From NCBI GenBank assembly GCA_028280285.1, contig JANQMA010000011.1:58520-122519 (forward strand): a stretch of DNA of 64,000 nucleotides, in the 5' to 3' direction. This document shows positions 58,378 to 64,000 of the stretch, one piece after another. The notes under the pieces were generated by a model, which was given only the letters and a program-made list of their open reading frames with translations, searched no databases and was not told the origin of the DNA. Numbering within the stretch: the stretch's first letter is position 1; each line of letters begins with the position of its first letter. Source of the DNA: Candidatus Omnitrophota bacterium. Lineage in GTDB: Bacteria > Omnitrophota > Gorgyraeia > Zapsychrales > Zapsychraceae. A program made the position numbers and the translations under genes.

Positions 58378-58764
58378 TTAAATGCGTAGGACAGAATTCT
58401 TGATATAAAGTGGTACGGCGTGGACTATGCCAGGCGGGGCACTGTCAGTGGCCACTACCCTTAATTGAGGTAAGTTATTAAATGTTGCCTTTTGCGGAAA
58501 TTCGATGACCGAGTAAGCTAAATAAAAGGTCATTGAATTGCTTTTCTCAACCGTTGCTTGCAGGCTCATGCAATCACAGTCTGCCGCCTCAGAGGCGGCA
58601 TCAGAAGTCGCTGTTGGCGCATCAGCCCCGTGACAGGACGGGTACGCCTGCTCTACCTGTTGATCCGGGATCTGCGCGGCCTCAGCCAGGCAACAACACG
58701 TTAAACTGGAAAACAGTACGGTCGCGCTTAATAAAATATAAGCTGTTTTTTTCATTATACCCAT
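58378..58764 (-). CDS. Small Cys-rich exported protein (DUF2946-like?)
   Basis: Signal-like N-terminus, TCCC, PSCH, DCDC, C-terminal SAPP...PLYIKNSVLRI. Confidence 0.6.
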   Translation of the reverse strand: MGIMKKTAYILLSATVLFSSLTCCCLAEAAQIPDQQVEQAYPSCHGADAPTATSDAASEAADCDCMSLQATVEKSNSMTFYLAYSVIEFPQKATFNNLPQLRVVATDSAPPGIVHAVPLYIKNSVLRI

Positions 58765-58876
58765 AATTATAGTATATCACCTTCTGATCTTGACTGTCCA
58801 ATCAATCATAGATATATTACTACCACTTGCTACTTCAACAATCGGCCGTACCGATTTATTCACAGGACCTATTTAT

Positions 58877-59581
58877 TTGAAACCCGAACTGACTATAGTC
58901 ATTCCAACCTACAATGAGCGGGACAATATCCGTCCTCTGATTGAGAAAATCGATCAAACCCTTGTTAATGAGTCCTGGTCCGTCCTGTTCGTCGATGATG
59001 ATTCCACCGACGGAACGCTCGATACGGTCCGTGCAATTATCAAAAATGATTCCCGTATAGAACTGCTTCACCGCATCGGCCGGCGCGGGCTTTCCTCGGC
59101 CTGCATTGACGGGATGTCTGCCTCTCAGTCGACGTATCTGGCCGTTATGGATGGCGACCTTCAGCATGATGAGTCGCTTCTCAAATACATGTTAGCCTCC
59201 CTTAAAAATGAAAATCTTGATCTGGTCATCGGCAGCCGCTACATGCCAGGCGGCAGTGTGGGCAATTGGAAGTGGTCACGCAAAACAACAAGCTTGATTG
59301 CCACGTGGATGGCCAAGATTGTCTCTGACTATCATCTGAAAGATCCGATGAGTGGATTTTTTATGCTGAGGCGTGATTTTTTCGAACAGGCTAAACCGCA
59401 TCTTCATGGCGGCGGCTTTAAAATCCTCTTGGATTTGATTGTCTCTTCTCCCCGGGAAGTGAATTTTAAAGAAATCCCTTTTACATTCCGCAATCGTCAT
59501 TCCGGCGAAAGCAAATTAGGGGCTGAGGTAGTGTGGGAGTATGTGAAGTTTATCGTAGATAAGAAAATCGGAAAGAAATAA
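58877..59581 (+). CDS. Polyprenol-phosphate mannose synthase-like GT2
   Basis: IVIPTYNERDNI, VDDDSTDGT, RRGLSSA, VMDGDLQHD, DPMSGFF, GESKL; likely TTG start at 58877 after AGGA. Confidence 0.9.
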   Translation: MKPELTIVIPTYNERDNIRPLIEKIDQTLVNESWSVLFVDDDSTDGTLDTVRAIIKNDSRIELLHRIGRRGLSSACIDGMSASQSTYLAVMDGDLQHDESLLKYMLASLKNENLDLVIGSRYMPGGSVGNWKWSRKTTSLIATWMAKIVSDYHLKDPMSGFFMLRRDFFEQAKPHLHGGGFKILLDLIVSSPREVNFKEIPFTFRNRHSGESKLGAEVVWEYVKFIVDKKIGKK

Positions 59582-59652
59582 TACTTGGTACTTAGGACAT
59601 TGGACTTAGGACTTGGGAAGCCTAGGTCCTAAGTACTAAGTCCCAAGTACTA
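59582..59652. repeat. Inverted tandem heptamer array (KACTTRG)
   Basis: tacttgg tacttag gacattg gacttag gacttgg -gaagc- ctaggtc ctaagta ctaagtc ccaagta. Confidence 0.88.
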
Positions 59653-59653
59653 T

Positions 59654-61303
<1,650 letters not shown>

Positions 61304-61360
61304 TCAGGGTGAGATTATACACGATTTTCATATTTAGTAAATTATTAATATTAGAGCGGC

Positions 61361-62035
61361 CTAGAGTATTTGTGGCGTGAGTTTAACCAAACCATTTTGC
61401 TTAATCTGCTGGAAAGAAACCCCTTTTTGGGCCAACTGGACCGATTTGATTAAATCGGCATAACCCATTTTCAGATGTTGCGTTAAATCCTGACTGGAAA
61501 GTTTTTGATCAACAATAATTTGCTGATAGATGCGTGAGGACATTATTTTTTGGATTGACTCGCCCGGCTCGATCTTAAGACTGGACTGAAGCATGGCGGC
61601 GGCTTTTGTATATTCGTTCAGATCTAAATAAACAGAAACGAGATTATAGCTATTCCAGAAAAAATTTGGGACCAATGCATGGGCTTTTTCATAATTTATT
61701 CTGGCCTGTGTTAAATCACCGATTTGATAAAAATAAAAACCAAGCATAGCATACGCCTGGTCATTATTCGGAAAAACATTTAAGACAGCCTCATAATAGG
61801 CCTTATACATTTTGAGCCTTGCCTTACTGACCTCATCCTGAAAGAGAAAATCATAGGTCTTTGGCATCAGGCTATTGAGCCTTCTTATATGCGCACGGCT
61901 AAGGCTTTCTTTTTGTGAAAAGTTTTGTTTCTTAACAATACGGTGATTGATATGAAATGCGGTAAAGACCATCCCGTACACAATGCCTACAAAAACTAAG
62001 AAAAATAAACTGCGGCCTAGGAATTTTTTCATCAT
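61361..62035 (-). CDS. TPR-containing membrane-anchored protein
   Basis: N-terminal TM; AYAMLGFYFYQIGD..A..YEKA..P, YNL..Y...Y..A. Confidence 0.75.
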   Translation of the reverse strand: MMKKFLGRSLFFLVFVGIVYGMVFTAFHINHRIVKKQNFSQKESLSRAHIRRLNSLMPKTYDFLFQDEVSKARLKMYKAYYEAVLNVFPNNDQAYAMLGFYFYQIGDLTQARINYEKAHALVPNFFWNSYNLVSVYLDLNEYTKAAAMLQSSLKIEPGESIQKIMSSRIYQQIIVDQKLSSQDLTQHLKMGYADLIKSVQLAQKGVSFQQIKQNGLVKLTPQIL

Positions 62036-62038
62036 TGA

Positions 62039-62986
62039 TTAATGGTTTGGTCCCCGGTAATCTTTATCAAACCACATCGCAAAAAACAGCGATTGAAACC
62101 CCATGGAAATACTAAACAGCCACGACAATGTCGTAATCGGCGGGAAAAATCCGTTTTCTATCCGCCCGGCAATAAGGGAACTAAAAAACCACAAGCTTAA
62201 GGCCAAAAGCCCCATACCCATAATGTAAAAAAAGACCAATGGATGAAAATCGCGGACAATATATTTCTCCTTAAGCCTCCACAAAAAGAGTTTAAACAAC
62301 ATCCAGCCAATGGTAAAAATGACCACATAAATTTTCATGTTCGATTTCTCGCCGACATTATAAATGGGCGCAACCGCGACGTCCTTAACACGAAAGTCAA
62401 AGACATTTAACCGCACCAAGACATCATTGGGATTGCCATAGCGTTTATACATCTTATTCCAGTCAATCATCTTTAATGCACGGTAGTGGATCGCACAAAA
62501 CCCGGACTGTGAATCGGCAATGTCCCAATACCCCGATGCTATTTTCGTGAGAAGCGAAAGAACAGAATTACCAAAATATCTGATTTTAGGGATTTTAGAA
62601 AATGCCTCGCCGGTAAACAAGCGGTTACCTTTCGTATAATCGGCCATATTATCAACAATCGGATCGAGTAATTTGACAATATCATCCGGATTCATTTGCC
62701 CGTCGCCATCCATCCGGACAACAATATCAACCGGATTATCCTTCACCCAATTATATCCGTTCGCCAAAGAACCCCCGCAACCGGAGTTAGTTGCGTTTTC
62801 AATCAAAACAATCGCGGCATTTTCTTTTTGATAGTCTTTTACAACAAAAACGGTTTCGTCTTTACTCTTATCATCGACAATAATAATTTTATCGACAAAA
62901 TCAGGCATGGTCTCAATAACCCGCCCAATTTGCTTCGCCTCATTATACGCCGGAATAACAACACCAATTGTATGCTCTTTATACAT
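62039..62986 (-). CDS. GT2 glycosyltransferase with C-terminal TM helices
   Basis: VVIPAYNE, VDDKSKD, MDGDGQMNP, KGNR, DSQSGF. Confidence 0.9.
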   Translation of the reverse strand: MYKEHTIGVVIPAYNEAKQIGRVIETMPDFVDKIIIVDDKSKDETVFVVKDYQKENAAIVLIENATNSGCGGSLANGYNWVKDNPVDIVVRMDGDGQMNPDDIVKLLDPIVDNMADYTKGNRLFTGEAFSKIPKIRYFGNSVLSLLTKIASGYWDIADSQSGFCAIHYRALKMIDWNKMYKRYGNPNDVLVRLNVFDFRVKDVAVAPIYNVGEKSNMKIYVVIFTIGWMLFKLFLWRLKEKYIVRDFHPLVFFYIMGMGLLALSLWFFSSLIAGRIENGFFPPITTLSWLFSISMGFQSLFFAMWFDKDYRGPNH

Positions 62987-62994
62987 AGACCCTC

Positions 62995-64000
62995 TTAGAT
63001 GGCAATGTTTAAATTTTTCTTAACTAGCCCTTTGAGTATAAAAATACCGATAAAAGACGACACTCCTGTGGCAACAGCTGCCCCGTAGAGCGAAAACTTT
63101 GGAATCAATATCCAATTCAACACAACATTTAACATAACGATCAAAAATATATATATAGTGTTGTGCCCAACAAATCCTGTTTGAATCAAAATCATATTAA
63201 ACGGATAATAGCCCGCGCTGAACCACAGCCCAATGATTAACCAGACAAAAATCATCCAGCTCTGCAAAAAGTCACTGTAAGGAAAAATCCACTGAATGAT
63301 CAGATAAAATCCTCCGATTAAAATAGCACTCAATACCAGCATACTCAAATAAAATGTAAAGACACCTGATTTGATAATTTGCTTCATTTCGTCAATCTTC
63401 TTATCATGATACAAAGCGGTTAATTTCGGATTAACATTGGCACGGACAACCACCATCAATTGAATGACCCCCTCAATGGCTATGGCGGCCAGACTATAAA
63501 TGCCCACAATATGATCAGCCGTTAAAATACCGAGCATAATAATATCAACCCGGATATTTATCTCATAGAACAGCCCTGAAAGAGACCCTTTGCGGATAAA
63601 ATCATAATGCCGCATAAACCATTGATGTAATGCCACACAAGGTGTACGCCAATAATACTGAACAAAATAAATGACATTAACCAAAAAAACCACTATCTCA
63701 GAAGCACTTAATATGACAGGCAAATGATGCGCGTTATGCCGTCCGAAATAAAAAACAACGAGCGCCAACACAACACCAATATAACGCAGACTCTGCAGGC
63801 AGGCATACGCTCGCATATGCCGTAATCCGTTGAGCCCGGCGAGCAATGTTTTGTTAACAGCAAAACACCACAGCCCCGGAATAATCCAGACAATACCAAG
63901 GCCAACGGCTGCGCTATCAAAAACCTGCGCTAAAACGCCACGCAAGGCATATAAAACACCACACACAAACAAAGCAAAAAGAGCAACAATCACTACCGCG
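62995..64000 (-). CDS. Wzx/MATE-like oligosaccharide flippase; N-terminus beyond window edge
   Basis: Multiple TM helices; RVDIIMLG..VGIYSLA, LNVVLNWILIPKFSLYGAAVAT. Confidence 0.85.
   Translation of the reverse strand, partial: AVVIVALFALFVCGVLYALRGVLAQVFDSAAVGLGIVWIIPGLWCFAVNKTLLAGLNGLRHMRAYACLQSLRYIGVVLALVVFYFGRHNAHHLPVILSASEIVVFLVNVIYFVQYYWRTPCVALHQWFMRHYDFIRKGSLSGLFYEINIRVDIIMLGILTADHIVGIYSLAAIAIEGVIQLMVVVRANVNPKLTALYHDKKIDEMKQIIKSGVFTFYLSMLVLSAILIGGFYLIIQWIFPYSDFLQSWMIFVWLIIGLWFSAGYYPFNMILIQTGFVGHNTIYIFLIVMLNVVLNWILIPKFSLYGAAVATGVSSFIGIFILKGLVKKNLNIAI

Noticed and set aside
58790-58876. Upstream start of the GT2 ORF
   Set aside because: Family similarity starts near TTG 58877, which has an AGGA ribosome-binding site
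35957-59652. Short repeats as a CRISPR array
   Set aside because: No 25-40-nt direct repeats with unique spacers, and no cas genes

Overview
Bacterial genomic window, mostly minus-strand genes, from a diderm organism; the gene content tentatively suggests a PVC/Omnitrophota-like lineage, which cannot be verified here. Positions 1-35.9 kb form one very large, tightly packed surface-glycan locus headed by an EPS-type MarR regulator and an ABC flippase. It encodes two nonulosonic-acid modules, CDP- and dTDP-deoxysugar enzymes, a formyltransferase, two B12-dependent radical SAM enzymes and several methyltransferases. It also encodes a Campylobacter-type phosphoramidate pathway (Cj1418/1417/1416/1415-like) interleaved with two sulfotransferase-fold genes, with no ATP sulfurylase in the window; these may be an undescribed class of phosphoramidate transferase. 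A 15-bp palindrome (GTTCAA-N3-TTGAAC) at the regulator promoter and inside the locus looks like its operator. Positions 36-64 kb hold housekeeping, redox, metal and envelope genes: metF, a lone NuoF-like gene with an ECF sigma/anti-sigma pair, ZIP, an exported SlyD-like protein, mlaEFD, yadGH, an ABC-F ATPase, GT2s and a flippase. Their intergenic gaps are crowded with small palindromic elements, including inverted tandem 7-mer arrays that share an architecture but not a unit sequence, and 25-26-bp-arm REP/MITE-like hairpins. No CRISPR array, rRNA, tRNA or transposase was recognised.
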